From positions 73,439-137,438 of the forward strand of contig CAOXTD010000001.1 of assembly GCA_948560265.1 (NCBI GenBank): 64,000 nt of DNA, written 5' to 3'. Each line of letters opens with the position of its first letter. Position 1 is the stretch's first letter. Shown piece by piece: positions 11,001-19,308 of this stretch. This stretch comes from an uncultured Clostridia bacterium. GTDB lineage: Bacteria; Bacillota; Clostridia; TANB77; CAG-508. The notes under the pieces are model-generated. The model did not search any database. It had not been told where the DNA came from and worked only from the letters and a program-made list of their open reading frames with translations. Position numbers and translations under genes: made by a program.

Positions 11001-11578
11001 TTGATTCTATTGAAGAATATAAGAAGACGAAGGAAAGATATGATTTTATGTCTGAGCAACGTTTAGATTTAGAAAATACTGCCACAAAATTAAGAGGAAT
11101 TATTAATGACATGACAGAAACTATGCAACAACAATTTAAAGAGAAATTTGCTATTATCAGCAAAAACTTTAATGAAGTATTTGTGGAGTTATTTGGTGGG
11201 GGAAAGGCAGAACTAATTTTAGAAGATGAAAACAATATTTTAGAATGTGGTATTGATATTCGTGTACAACCAACCGGTAAGAAACTACAAAACATGATGC
11301 TACTATCAGGTGGAGAAAAGGCATTCACTGCCATTGCACTATTATTTGCTATTCTAAAAATGAGCCCAGCTCCATTCTGTATTTTAGACGAAATTGAAGC
11401 GGCTTTAGATGATGTTAACGTATATCGTTTTGCAGAATACTTAAAGAAGTTCTGCAAAGAAACACAGTTCTTAGTGATTACTCATAGAAAGGGTACTATG
11501 GAAGCAGCCGATACGGTTTATGGTGTTACGATGGAGGAAAATGGAATTAGTAAATTGTTGTCAATAAAACTTAAATAA
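8027..11578 (+). CDS. smc: chromosome segregation protein SMC
   Basis: Walker A GPNGSGKSN, long coiled coils, a hinge, signature LSGGEK and Walker B ILDEIEAALD. The true start is probably TTG 8036 (M-YLKRMELQGFKSF), with AGGTGA upstream. Confidence 0.95.
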   Translation: MKKLYLKRMELQGFKSFADKTVLEFKPGITSVIGPNGSGKSNISDAIRWVLGEQSMKSLRGAKSEDIIFAGTQARKSLGFAEVSIVIDNSDSKLPVEYTEVTVTRKIYRSGETGYFINKTPCRLKDILELFMDTGIGKDGYSIIGQGKIDEILSNKSEDRRHIFEEAAGIVKYRTRKAESEKKLEQTKLNLLRINDILSEVEATIEPLKMQADKAKQFLDLREELKSIEVGLFVYNIATYKEKLEQIVKDYDILVSQKELEDTKMETLQASKEELRQAIDDITRQIEEMQNLGFESSNKIEKINSEIGIHKERIQNNSNNQERLVEEIEEVKARISELQEEQKQKLEKKTSLGSNKEKFEKELAEKEAELLELTKKLSDKELEIEGKKQAVEQYTDKKYELASEVNTLEVNFENLEKRKKQVQNEISATISELDSTRMEKQELSKGFYEIESKRNVAAANLEKKQTVKNESMQKVKQFEEEVSKLEYNQRMKQARHQFLVETEKEKEGYNRTVKSLLFHCEKDSSLNKGVHGVLANLVSVDKEYEMAIEMCLGQALQNVVTETEQDAKKLIEHLRKNSLGRASFLPISSVQGRKLDKLTRMEGVIGIASDLVKCNKKYEQIVLNLLGRTVVVKDMDTAINLAKKDKYSFRIVTLQGDIISSTGSISGGSVQTKSVNILGRSREIEELEKELKKIEKQIEDKKKEQEDYAASIGDLIEETAKLERELQEIEIVYATEKQKMVAIEENISRLEERRDKLKQEEVTIEEQKAENRKQKEAKEQESVSIVKEMEELNTVIEQFAVNNKDNQKYIDDLNLDITNLKISVSSFDESENSIDEMVARIEQDIENQKKSMESKQATIEENKKDNQELEVAIQNLEAQIEQIKLEVSNSSNKVEELKQERTQKNEKMTQTETEITSQFGVLEGLKEQIVKLEVKKTKVEQDLQQVTEQLWEEYELTPNNTEEYPKPSNVATAQKQVNSLRSKMKDLGSINIDSIEEYKKTKERYDFMSEQRLDLENTATKLRGIINDMTETMQQQFKEKFAIISKNFNEVFVELFGGGKAELILEDENNILECGIDIRVQPTGKKLQNMMLLSGGEKAFTAIALLFAILKMSPAPFCILDEIEAALDDVNVYRFAEYLKKFCKETQFLVITHRKGTMEAADTVYGVTMEENGISKLLSIKLK

Positions 11579-11714
11579 AAGAGTATAACCTATAACATCG
11601 CTTGACCTTACTGGACATTGCTTTCTATTTTAAAATAAAAATTAAAGAAAGCAATGTCAGGCGCTCGCAAGCTCGCCTTGCGCGGTCTACGCTTTTGTTA
11701 TAGATTATACTCTT
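11579..11714. repeat. structured GC-rich intergenic element, copy A (fills the whole smc/murE gap)
   Basis: 19-bp outer inverted repeat (11579..11597 / 11696..11714, one mismatch). Inside are TTGACCTT, a 13-bp inner hairpin and the conserved block AGGCGCTCGCAAGCTCGCCTTGCGCGGTCTAC. The second copy is at 49382..49490. Confidence 0.6.
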
Positions 11715-13234
11715 TATTTTATTTTATTATTATACTCTTCTAGTGCCTCTTGTGCATATTGTGTATCTGTTAAACAAGGAACATACTGTGTACCTATTTT
11801 TTGTCTAGTTTCATTTCCTTTTCCAGTAATTAAAATAACACTATTAGGATTTTCTAAAATTGCTTGTTTAATGGCTTCTCCACGATCGTCTATAATCTTG
11901 TATTTTCCATGTTCTTCAGCAACATGAGTTGCAATTTCTTTGCTAATATCACAAGCTTCTTCAGGTCCTGGATCTTCAGCAGTTAAATAAGTGATAGCTG
12001 AATTTTTGCCAGATAGACGACCTAAATCCTTTCTACGAAGAAAAGCTTTTCCACCAGGACAACCAAATACAGTAATGATTTTTTTATCTGGATATTCTTG
12101 TTTGGTAGACTCATATAATTTTTCAAAACTTAATTTATTATGAGCGTAATCAACAATAACTATAATGCTACCATCTTTGCTCATATGAGATTCCATTCTA
12201 CCGCTAGCTCTAGCAACCTTTAATCCCTCATAAATATTCTCATAAGGAATATCAAGGCTAATTGCTGTGCAAATGGCAGCTAAAGCATTTTCAACATTAA
12301 ATAGACCTGGCATAGTAAGTAAGATTTTGTTTTCCCACTCAGGAGTTTTCACTTGAAAACTGATAGAAGTATGAGTTGGTTTTTGAATATTGTATGCATA
12401 TACATCTGCTTTAGCATTTTTACTACTAAAAGTAACTATCTTTTGGGAAGCTTGTGCTTCTTTTAAAATTCTGTCAATGTGGTCACTATCTAAGTTCACA
12501 CATGCAGTTTCTACTTGTTTGAAGAATGTAAGTTTAGAAGCAAAATAGTCTTCAAAGTCAGGGTGTTCAATGGTACTGATATGGTCCTCAGAGATATTCA
12601 TAAATACTCCTACTTTGTAGATTACATCATGAACCCTATCTAGTTTTAAGGCCTGGCTACTAACTTCCATGACTAGATTTTGAATCTTACAATCTACAGC
12701 ATTTGCAATATGTTCTTGTAAATCAATAGATTCAGGACTTGTAATTAATGATTCTTTGCAAGTTTTACCATCATAGGTATCAATAGAAGAAATAATGGCT
12801 GTATCAGGCAAGTTTTTAGACTTCATATAACTATCAAAAATACTTTTGATATAATACGCAGTAGTTGATTTTCCCTTAGTACCAGTCAAACCTATCATAT
12901 TTAATTTTGTAGCAGGGAAGTCGTAAAATAGGATAGAGATGGCAGCTAATGATTTTCGAATATTGTTTACTACAATATGTGGAAAATCAGGTTTTGAAAC
13001 ATTTTCTCTTTCTGCGATATAAACTATAGCACCATTAGCAAGTGCTTCTGAAAGATATTCAGGCTTATATTTAATCCCTTTACAAATATATAAAGTGTTT
13101 GCTGTTACATTTTTAGAGTTGTGAGCAATCTGAGAAACAGGAGTAGAGAGATTTAAATCATTTACCACAATTTCATCTATTAAATTTTCTTTTTCTAAAA
13201 TATCAATATAATCTTTTAGAGTATATGTTTTCAT
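11714..13234 (-). CDS. murE: Mur ligase, MurE-type (UDP-MurNAc-L-Ala-D-Glu:diamino acid ligase), probably not mDAP-specific
   Basis: ATP-binding GLTGTKGKSTT and the Mur ligase central and C-terminal domains. The position of the DAP-specific DNPR motif reads EDPG (LTAEDPGPEE). Confidence 0.85.
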   Translation of the reverse strand: MKTYTLKDYIDILEKENLIDEIVVNDLNLSTPVSQIAHNSKNVTANTLYICKGIKYKPEYLSEALANGAIVYIAERENVSKPDFPHIVVNNIRKSLAAISILFYDFPATKLNMIGLTGTKGKSTTAYYIKSIFDSYMKSKNLPDTAIISSIDTYDGKTCKESLITSPESIDLQEHIANAVDCKIQNLVMEVSSQALKLDRVHDVIYKVGVFMNISEDHISTIEHPDFEDYFASKLTFFKQVETACVNLDSDHIDRILKEAQASQKIVTFSSKNAKADVYAYNIQKPTHTSISFQVKTPEWENKILLTMPGLFNVENALAAICTAISLDIPYENIYEGLKVARASGRMESHMSKDGSIIVIVDYAHNKLSFEKLYESTKQEYPDKKIITVFGCPGGKAFLRRKDLGRLSGKNSAITYLTAEDPGPEEACDISKEIATHVAEEHGKYKIIDDRGEAIKQAILENPNSVILITGKGNETRQKIGTQYVPCLTDTQYAQEALEEYNNKIK

Positions 13235-13254
13235 AGTACAAAAGGTCCTTTCTA

Positions 13255-13959
13255 TTAATCTTCTTGATATATTTTACCACTTTTTTCAATGCAAGCTTTT
13301 ACGAGATAATCCATAGGGTCAATGCTATAAGCTTTAAAACATTGCTTAAATCCAGAAAGTTCAGTGCAACCTAAGATAACATGGTCACATCCACTTTGCA
13401 AAAAGTAGGTTAATATTTTTTTGAATTTTTCATTATCATAAATTCCTTTGGCTTTTATATCTTGATAAATCATATCCATTATTTGCGACTGGATATCTTT
13501 TTGTGGTGCATGCAAACTTAATCCATAAGTATTAAACCACTTTTGATACATACCAGATAAAATAGTGCCATCAGTAGCCATTAATCCAATTTTTTTATAA
13601 TTATTTTTATGCTCTGCAATATACTTTACTGTTTCCTCAATCATATTAATAATAGGAATAGAAGTAAGACGCTGAATTTGGTCTAAAACAGTGTGGCAAG
13701 TATTACAAGGAATAGCTATATTGCTAACATGTGTATGTTCCAAAATTTGAATATCTTGTTTTAAACTATCTAAAAGTTCCTGTTCAAGTCCATTTTTGAT
13801 AGCATAAGTTCTATCTATGATAGAAGCATGATTTAAAATAACCATATCAATATGCTCCTGGTCACAATTTGCCACAGTATGTTTTACAATCCTATGATAA
13901 AAATCAACAGTTGCTTCAGGACCCATGCCGCCAATAATTCCTAATTTTACCAAATTCAT
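13255..13959 (-). CDS. aspartate/glutamate-family amino acid racemase
   Basis: 234 aa with N-terminal IIGGMGPEAT and two Cys-containing half-sites (IPCNTCH and LGCTEL), typical of Asp/Glu racemases. Confidence 0.85.
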   Translation of the reverse strand: MNLVKLGIIGGMGPEATVDFYHRIVKHTVANCDQEHIDMVILNHASIIDRTYAIKNGLEQELLDSLKQDIQILEHTHVSNIAIPCNTCHTVLDQIQRLTSIPIINMIEETVKYIAEHKNNYKKIGLMATDGTILSGMYQKWFNTYGLSLHAPQKDIQSQIMDMIYQDIKAKGIYDNEKFKKILTYFLQSGCDHVILGCTELSGFKQCFKAYSIDPMDYLVKACIEKSGKIYQED

Positions 13960-13981
13960 ATTTCCTCCTCAAGTGAAATAG

Positions 13982-15196
13982 CTATTTTCCTAAATATTTT
14001 TTAAAGTTTCCAAATTGACGTAATTGTCTTCTTTTTTCCTTTAGAAACCTAATAAAATGATTATCTCCCTTATAGAATAAAGGATTAACAAATTGTTTGC
14101 TTTTTACTAATCTTTTCATCTGCTGTACATAATCTGGATTTTTGACATAGGTATAAGCAATTTTAAGTGGGATCATAGACCATAAATGCTCTTTATTGCT
14201 AATGGTAAAGCCAGTATCTTGTCCATAAATTGTATCCTCCACAAGATATTTTGCTAAATTGTAGCCAGCACCTGTTACATAAAAGTTACTTCTACCTTGT
14301 CTTAGATTAATTTCAAATACATTATAGGTATCATTTCTCTCGTCATATTTAATGTCGAAATTAGAAAAGCCAACATAATGAATCGATTCCAAAAATTCCT
14401 TTAATTGGTTTGCCAAAGGCTCATTGTATTCATTTATAATAACAGCGTGATTTCCAATTCCATGTGGTGTGTGCTCTTCTAACATAGTGTGGCCTAAGCA
14501 CATTAATTTCACTTTTCCGTTTTGGTCAGAATAGCAGGTCATAACATGCATATAGGTATCATCGCCAGGAATGAAGTCTTGCAAAATCAACGTGTCAGAA
14601 TATCCAGCTTCATAAATGTCATGAATGACGGATTCTAACTCTTCACGATTTTTAATTTTATATACTTTATTTTGTGTTGGAAATTCATGTGCAAAATAAT
14701 CAACACTATTAGAAGGCTTTAAAATCATAGGAAAGTCAAAATCAGTGGTAAAATCATTTCCCATTTCCTGACGATAGATAAATGTTTTAGGGTAAGAAAT
14801 ACCATGTTTTTCACACATTTCATAAAAAGCCTCTTTTTTAATTAAAGTTTCCATTAAATCTTGGTCTATGTAAGGGATAATATAATTGGAGGCTAATTCA
14901 TCTCTATTTTCAATAATTTGTCTTACATAATTATCGCCACAACCTAGTAAAATCAGCTTCTTATTAGAGTGCTGTGTTGCAAAATCATTTAATACTTTCA
15001 CAAAAACTTCCTTCTGATCAATATCAGGTCTAGCATAGAAATCTACGATTTTACTCTGATAACTAGGTCCAGTATAGAATTTCCCAATGACTTTACTTTT
15101 AATTTGATAAGCTTCATGGAAAGCTCTTGCCATACTATATGTATTAATATCACTGCCCAATAGGACTGCCATAAATTCCTTTTCTTCTATTTTCAT
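13982..15196 (-). CDS. ATP-grasp carboxylate-amine ligase (D-aspartate ligase-like)
   Basis: 404 aa. The N-terminus VLLGSDINTYSMARAFHEAYQIKS and the ATP-grasp core resemble the Asl-type D-Asp ligases, as far as I recall them. It is the first gene of an operon with the racemase and murE. Confidence 0.75.
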   Translation of the reverse strand: MKIEEKEFMAVLLGSDINTYSMARAFHEAYQIKSKVIGKFYTGPSYQSKIVDFYARPDIDQKEVFVKVLNDFATQHSNKKLILLGCGDNYVRQIIENRDELASNYIIPYIDQDLMETLIKKEAFYEMCEKHGISYPKTFIYRQEMGNDFTTDFDFPMILKPSNSVDYFAHEFPTQNKVYKIKNREELESVIHDIYEAGYSDTLILQDFIPGDDTYMHVMTCYSDQNGKVKLMCLGHTMLEEHTPHGIGNHAVIINEYNEPLANQLKEFLESIHYVGFSNFDIKYDERNDTYNVFEINLRQGRSNFYVTGAGYNLAKYLVEDTIYGQDTGFTISNKEHLWSMIPLKIAYTYVKNPDYVQQMKRLVKSKQFVNPLFYKGDNHFIRFLKEKRRQLRQFGNFKKYLGK

Positions 15197-15353
15197 ATAA
15201 ATTTACCTCTCTTTTTTGCTGTGTATATCTTACAACAAATGAACCTAAAAATCAATAGAAAAGTCATAATACAAAGACAAGCTACATATATATTACTAAA
15301 ACCAAACAAAGGAGGGTTAATAAATTTAAAACACAAAGGAGGGTGTTATATTT

Positions 15354-17996
15354 ATGTGGCACACATTATCTACAAAGGAAGTAGAGAGAAAAATGGGGAC
15401 AAACCTACAACTTGGACTAAGTCATAGGCAAGTAGAAGAAAGAAGACAAAAATATGGCATAAACCAGTTAGAAGAGCAAAAGAAAAAGCCGATATTCATC
15501 AAATTCTTAGAACAATTCAAAGACTTTATGATTATTATTCTACTGATTGCCTCAGTTATTTCAGCGGTAGTTACCAAGATGGAAGGTGGAAATGACTATT
15601 TTGATTCCATTATCATTATTGCAATTGTGGTATTTAATGCAATTATGGGATTGGTACAAGAAGCAAAGGCAGAAAAATCCTTAGAGGCATTGAAGAAAAT
15701 GTCTGCTCCTACTTGTAAAGTAAGAAGAGGGGGAGAAATTGTTACCATTAAAGGAGAAGATGTAGTTCCTGGTGATGTTATTTTGTTAGAAGCAGGGAAC
15801 TATGTACCAGCAGATTGTAGATTGATTTCTGCTTCAGATTTAAAAATAGAAGAGTCTAGTTTAACAGGGGAGACAATGCCTTGTTTAAAAGAGGCAGATA
15901 ATATCTTACCAGAAAAAACAGCTTTAGGGGATATGAATAACTTAGCATTTGCTACAACAGTGGTGGTAAATGGACATGGGGAAGCTATTGTGACCGATAT
16001 TGGAATGAATACAAAAGTTGGAAAGATAGCAAAGATGATTATTACTAATGAAACACCAGAAACGCCAATTCAGAAAAAGCTAGGACAAGTAGGAAAAAGT
16101 TTAGGAATTGGTTGTCTCATGATTTGTCTATTCATTTTTGTCATTGGTATTTTAAAGAAAATAGAACCAATTGAAATGTTTATGACCTCGGTAGGACTTG
16201 CTGTGGCAGCAATTCCAGAGGGATTACCAGCTATTGTTACGATTATGCTTTCCATTGGAGTTACGAAAATGGCAAAAAAGAATAGTATTATTCGAAAATT
16301 GCCAGCAGTTGAAACTTTAGGAAGCAGTAGTGTCATTTGTTCAGACAAAACAGGAACTTTGACACAGAATAAAATGCAGGTTATGAAAATAGTGAATCAT
16401 CAAGGAGAGGTAACAAATGGAGAACTAATCAAGAAAATTTTGGAATTAGGGGCAATGTGTACAGATGTAGAAATTAGCGAAGTATCAAAAGAATTAACAG
16501 GAGAGCCAACAGAGGTTGCAATTGTAGATAGAGCTTTAAAAGAGAGCATTAACAAGCAGGACTTATACAAAATTATGAAAAGAATAGACGATATTCCTTT
16601 TGATTCTAACCGTAAAATGATGACCACCATTCATAAAATGCCAAGTGGTTATCGAATTATTACCAAAGGAGCGCCAGATGTTTTGCTAAAACATTGTACG
16701 CAAGTTTATGAAAATGGAAAAATAATAAGTTTAACAAGTAGTTTGCTAACTCAAATTGAAAGACAGAATAATCAAATGGCAGACCAAGCATTGCGTGTAC
16801 TTGCCATAGCTTATTTAGATATAGATATGATGCCTAGCAAGAAGGAAATAGAGCAGAATTTAGTTTTTGTGGGATTAGTAGGAATGATTGATCCGCCGAG
16901 AGAAGGTGTCAAAGAAGCGGTAGCAACTTGTCGAAGAGCAGGAATTAAAACAGTTATGATTACAGGTGACCATATTGCCACAGCCAAAGCAATTGCAAAA
17001 GAATTAGGTATTTTAAAAGGGCAAGATTTAGCCATTACAGGGGAGGAATTAGATAGAATTTCACAACCTGTGTTACAGAAAAGCATTATGCAGTATTCTG
17101 TATTTGCTAGAGTAACGCCAGAGCATAAAGTAAGAATTGTGCAAGCCTATCAGTCCACAGGGGCAGTAGTTGCCATGACAGGGGATGGGGTAAATGATGC
17201 ACCAGCGCTCAAAAACGCAGATATTGGAATTGCTATGGGAAAGAATGGCACAGATGTAGCAAAAAATGCGGCAGATATGGTCTTAACAGATGACAATTTT
17301 GTGACAATTGTAGAGGCAGTGAAACAGGGAAGAAATATTTTTGATAATATTAAAAAAGCAGTTCATTTCTTAATTGCTACTAATATTGGAGAAATTGTGA
17401 CGATCTTTTTAGGACTATTATTAGGTTTAAAGTCACCATTGTTAGCTATTCAGTTACTATGGGTAAATCTTGTAACAGACTCACTTCCAGCAATAGCATT
17501 AGGATTAGAATCTCCTGATAAGGATATTATGAATAGAAAACCAAGAGATAACAAAAAGGGAATTTTTGCAGATGGTTTATGGAGTAAAATTTTTGTAGAA
17601 GGAACTATGCTGGGGGTTCTAACCTTAGTAGCATTTAGCATTGGAAATTCTTTGTATGGAGTAGAAGTTGGAAGAACAATGGCCTTTGTTAGTTTAGGAT
17701 TACTAGAATTAGTGCATAGCTTTAATATTAAAAGTGAAGAATCTATCTTTAGAACAGGAATATTAGAAAATAAATATCTAGTAGGAGCATTTCTTTTAGG
17801 AGCTATTTTACAAGTTGTTGTGGTACTAATTCCAACAGTAGCAGACCTATTTAGCCTAGTTCCATTGAATGGTACACAATGGCTATATACCTTTGGTATT
17901 TCCATTTTACCACTTGTGATTATGGAACTACAAAAGAAAGTCAATGAGTTGAGGTTTGGAAAAGAGGTATATGGAATAAAAAAAGCAGCCATTTAA
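15354..17996 (+). CDS. P-type Ca2+-transporting ATPase (PMCA/SERCA-like)
   Basis: LTGE, phosphorylation site CSDKTGTLT, hinge TGDGVNDAPALK and about 10 TM helices. Confidence 0.93.
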   Translation: MWHTLSTKEVERKMGTNLQLGLSHRQVEERRQKYGINQLEEQKKKPIFIKFLEQFKDFMIIILLIASVISAVVTKMEGGNDYFDSIIIIAIVVFNAIMGLVQEAKAEKSLEALKKMSAPTCKVRRGGEIVTIKGEDVVPGDVILLEAGNYVPADCRLISASDLKIEESSLTGETMPCLKEADNILPEKTALGDMNNLAFATTVVVNGHGEAIVTDIGMNTKVGKIAKMIITNETPETPIQKKLGQVGKSLGIGCLMICLFIFVIGILKKIEPIEMFMTSVGLAVAAIPEGLPAIVTIMLSIGVTKMAKKNSIIRKLPAVETLGSSSVICSDKTGTLTQNKMQVMKIVNHQGEVTNGELIKKILELGAMCTDVEISEVSKELTGEPTEVAIVDRALKESINKQDLYKIMKRIDDIPFDSNRKMMTTIHKMPSGYRIITKGAPDVLLKHCTQVYENGKIISLTSSLLTQIERQNNQMADQALRVLAIAYLDIDMMPSKKEIEQNLVFVGLVGMIDPPREGVKEAVATCRRAGIKTVMITGDHIATAKAIAKELGILKGQDLAITGEELDRISQPVLQKSIMQYSVFARVTPEHKVRIVQAYQSTGAVVAMTGDGVNDAPALKNADIGIAMGKNGTDVAKNAADMVLTDDNFVTIVEAVKQGRNIFDNIKKAVHFLIATNIGEIVTIFLGLLLGLKSPLLAIQLLWVNLVTDSLPAIALGLESPDKDIMNRKPRDNKKGIFADGLWSKIFVEGTMLGVLTLVAFSIGNSLYGVEVGRTMAFVSLGLLELVHSFNIKSEESIFRTGILENKYLVGAFLLGAILQVVVVLIPTVADLFSLVPLNGTQWLYTFGISILPLVIMELQKKVNELRFGKEVYGIKKAAI

Positions 17997-18010
17997 TGGC
18001 TGCTTTCGAA
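17984..18010 (+). terminator. intrinsic terminator overlapping the ATPase stop codon
   Basis: Stem AGCAGCCAT / ATGGCTGCT with a 3-nt loop, followed by TTCG. Confidence 0.7.
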
Positions 18011-18198
18011 AATAAAAGGGGATGTTTTACTAATCTATAGTCAATAACGGAGTAACTTATTATTGACTACATCTATAATATACCAATCCATTTTGTCCTT
18101 TTTGTGAACTGTAAGTGATTATCTGGCAAAATAAGTATTAAGAAATTATTTATGATAAACCATATAATGATTTGTAAGTGGCAAAGCCACTAACACAA

Positions 18199-19215
18199 TC
18201 ATTTATAAATATAATTTTGTGGGTTAACGGAAACGCCATTAATTTGGATTTCAAAGTGTAAATGGTTACCATTTGAATTACCAGTAGAACCTACTTGTGC
18301 AAGAACATCTCCAGCTTTTACTTTGGTTCCCACTTTTACTAGTAATTTACTACAATGACCATAATAAATTTTTACACCATTACCACAGTCAACAATTACT
18401 AAGTTTCCATAGCTTCCTTGCCAACCAGAAAAGGATACCTTACCTTCAGTGGCTGATTTGATTTTAGTTCCATAAGGTGCTGCAATGTCTAACCCATTAT
18501 GAGGAAAACTACGAATACTTTCCATACTACCAAAACGAGAAGTAATAATACCTGTAATTGGTTTTTGAGCTAAATAAACCCCATTTACAGAAGAACTTTC
18601 CATTTTTTGTAGTTCTTTAGATACTTGCTTTTCAGCTTTAGCAATTGCTACTGGGCTATATTCTTTTCCATCTTCTGAATGAACTTTATTAATTCCAATA
18701 GAGAATTTAACACTATCTTTATATTCCTTTTTCATCTCTGCAACAATTGTTTCAGCTTCTTCTAATGAAGCTACTACGGATTGTTCTTTACCATTTAGAG
18801 TAACTGCATAATATTCATAAGTAATTTTGGCTGAATCTTCAATTTGAGCAAGAACTTCAGTATCATTTAATTCTTTATTTTTGCTAACAAAAGCCAATTT
18901 ATATTCAGGAGCTTCTGGTAAATCTACATATGCAATATTATCTGTTCCTTCTTTGTTATATAATTCTTGTATTTGATTCTCAAGAACTTTTTTATCTTTT
19001 ACATATCCAATACTTTCTCCTGCAACGTATACTTCGCATACTAATTGATACTTGAGAAGAAAGATACCACCTATGATAAATAAAGCAATCGAAATAAGAC
19101 GTATCCACTTAAATGTTTCTTTTGTATAGTATTTAATACGTTTATTTAAAATAAACTTCACTCTCCTTTTTTGGGTGATAATTAGGAAAAAAATTCCTCT
19201 TTTCATCATACCCAT
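18199..19215 (-). CDS. membrane-anchored M23 family metallopeptidase
   Basis: TM helix, then HNGLDIAA ... GNHLHFEI (LytM/M23 motifs). The start codon is uncertain because the predicted promoter lies only 5 nt from ATG 19215, so the transcript may be leaderless. Confidence 0.85.
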   Translation of the reverse strand: MGMMKRGIFFLIITQKRRVKFILNKRIKYYTKETFKWIRLISIALFIIGGIFLLKYQLVCEVYVAGESIGYVKDKKVLENQIQELYNKEGTDNIAYVDLPEAPEYKLAFVSKNKELNDTEVLAQIEDSAKITYEYYAVTLNGKEQSVVASLEEAETIVAEMKKEYKDSVKFSIGINKVHSEDGKEYSPVAIAKAEKQVSKELQKMESSSVNGVYLAQKPITGIITSRFGSMESIRSFPHNGLDIAAPYGTKIKSATEGKVSFSGWQGSYGNLVIVDCGNGVKIYYGHCSKLLVKVGTKVKAGDVLAQVGSTGNSNGNHLHFEIQINGVSVNPQNYIYK

Positions 19216-19220
19216 TCTTA

Positions 19221-19249
19221 ATTATACCATATATTGTAACCAAAAGCAA
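19221..19249 (-). promoter_or_regulatory. sigma-A-type promoter for the M23 peptidase gene
   Basis: On the minus strand: TTGCTT, 17-nt spacer, TATAAT. Confidence 0.5.
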
Positions 19250-19271
19250 ATTTAGTATACATAAAGACAAG

Positions 19272-19298
19272 AAAAATAGGCTAATTTTGCCTATTTTT
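19272..19298 (-). terminator. intrinsic terminator after htrA-like gene
   Basis: Stem ATAGGC / GCCTAT with a 7-nt loop, flanked by A- and T-runs. Confidence 0.6.
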
Positions 19299-19308
19299 CT
19301 TAAGTATC

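Noticed and set aside
8011-11457. Minus-strand ORFs listed inside smc (8011..8304, 8347..8616, 8986..9360, 9616..9936, 10777..11457)
   Set aside because: They are antisense shadows of a long, well-supported coding frame. Their Ser/Phe/Leu-rich low-complexity products are what purine-rich sense codons produce on the opposite strand, and none has an RBS.
11602-11640. TTGACC in the repeat element as a -35 promoter box
   Set aside because: Copy B has no -10-like hexamer at a suitable distance, and copy A has only a poor one.
15221-15427. Listed 68-aa plus-strand ORF overlapping the ATPase start
   Set aside because: It has no RBS, lies in another frame across the ATPase leader and start, and its product has no recognisable features.
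16070-17992. Minus-strand ORFs inside the P-type ATPase gene
   Set aside because: They are antisense shadows of a gene with all P-type motifs.
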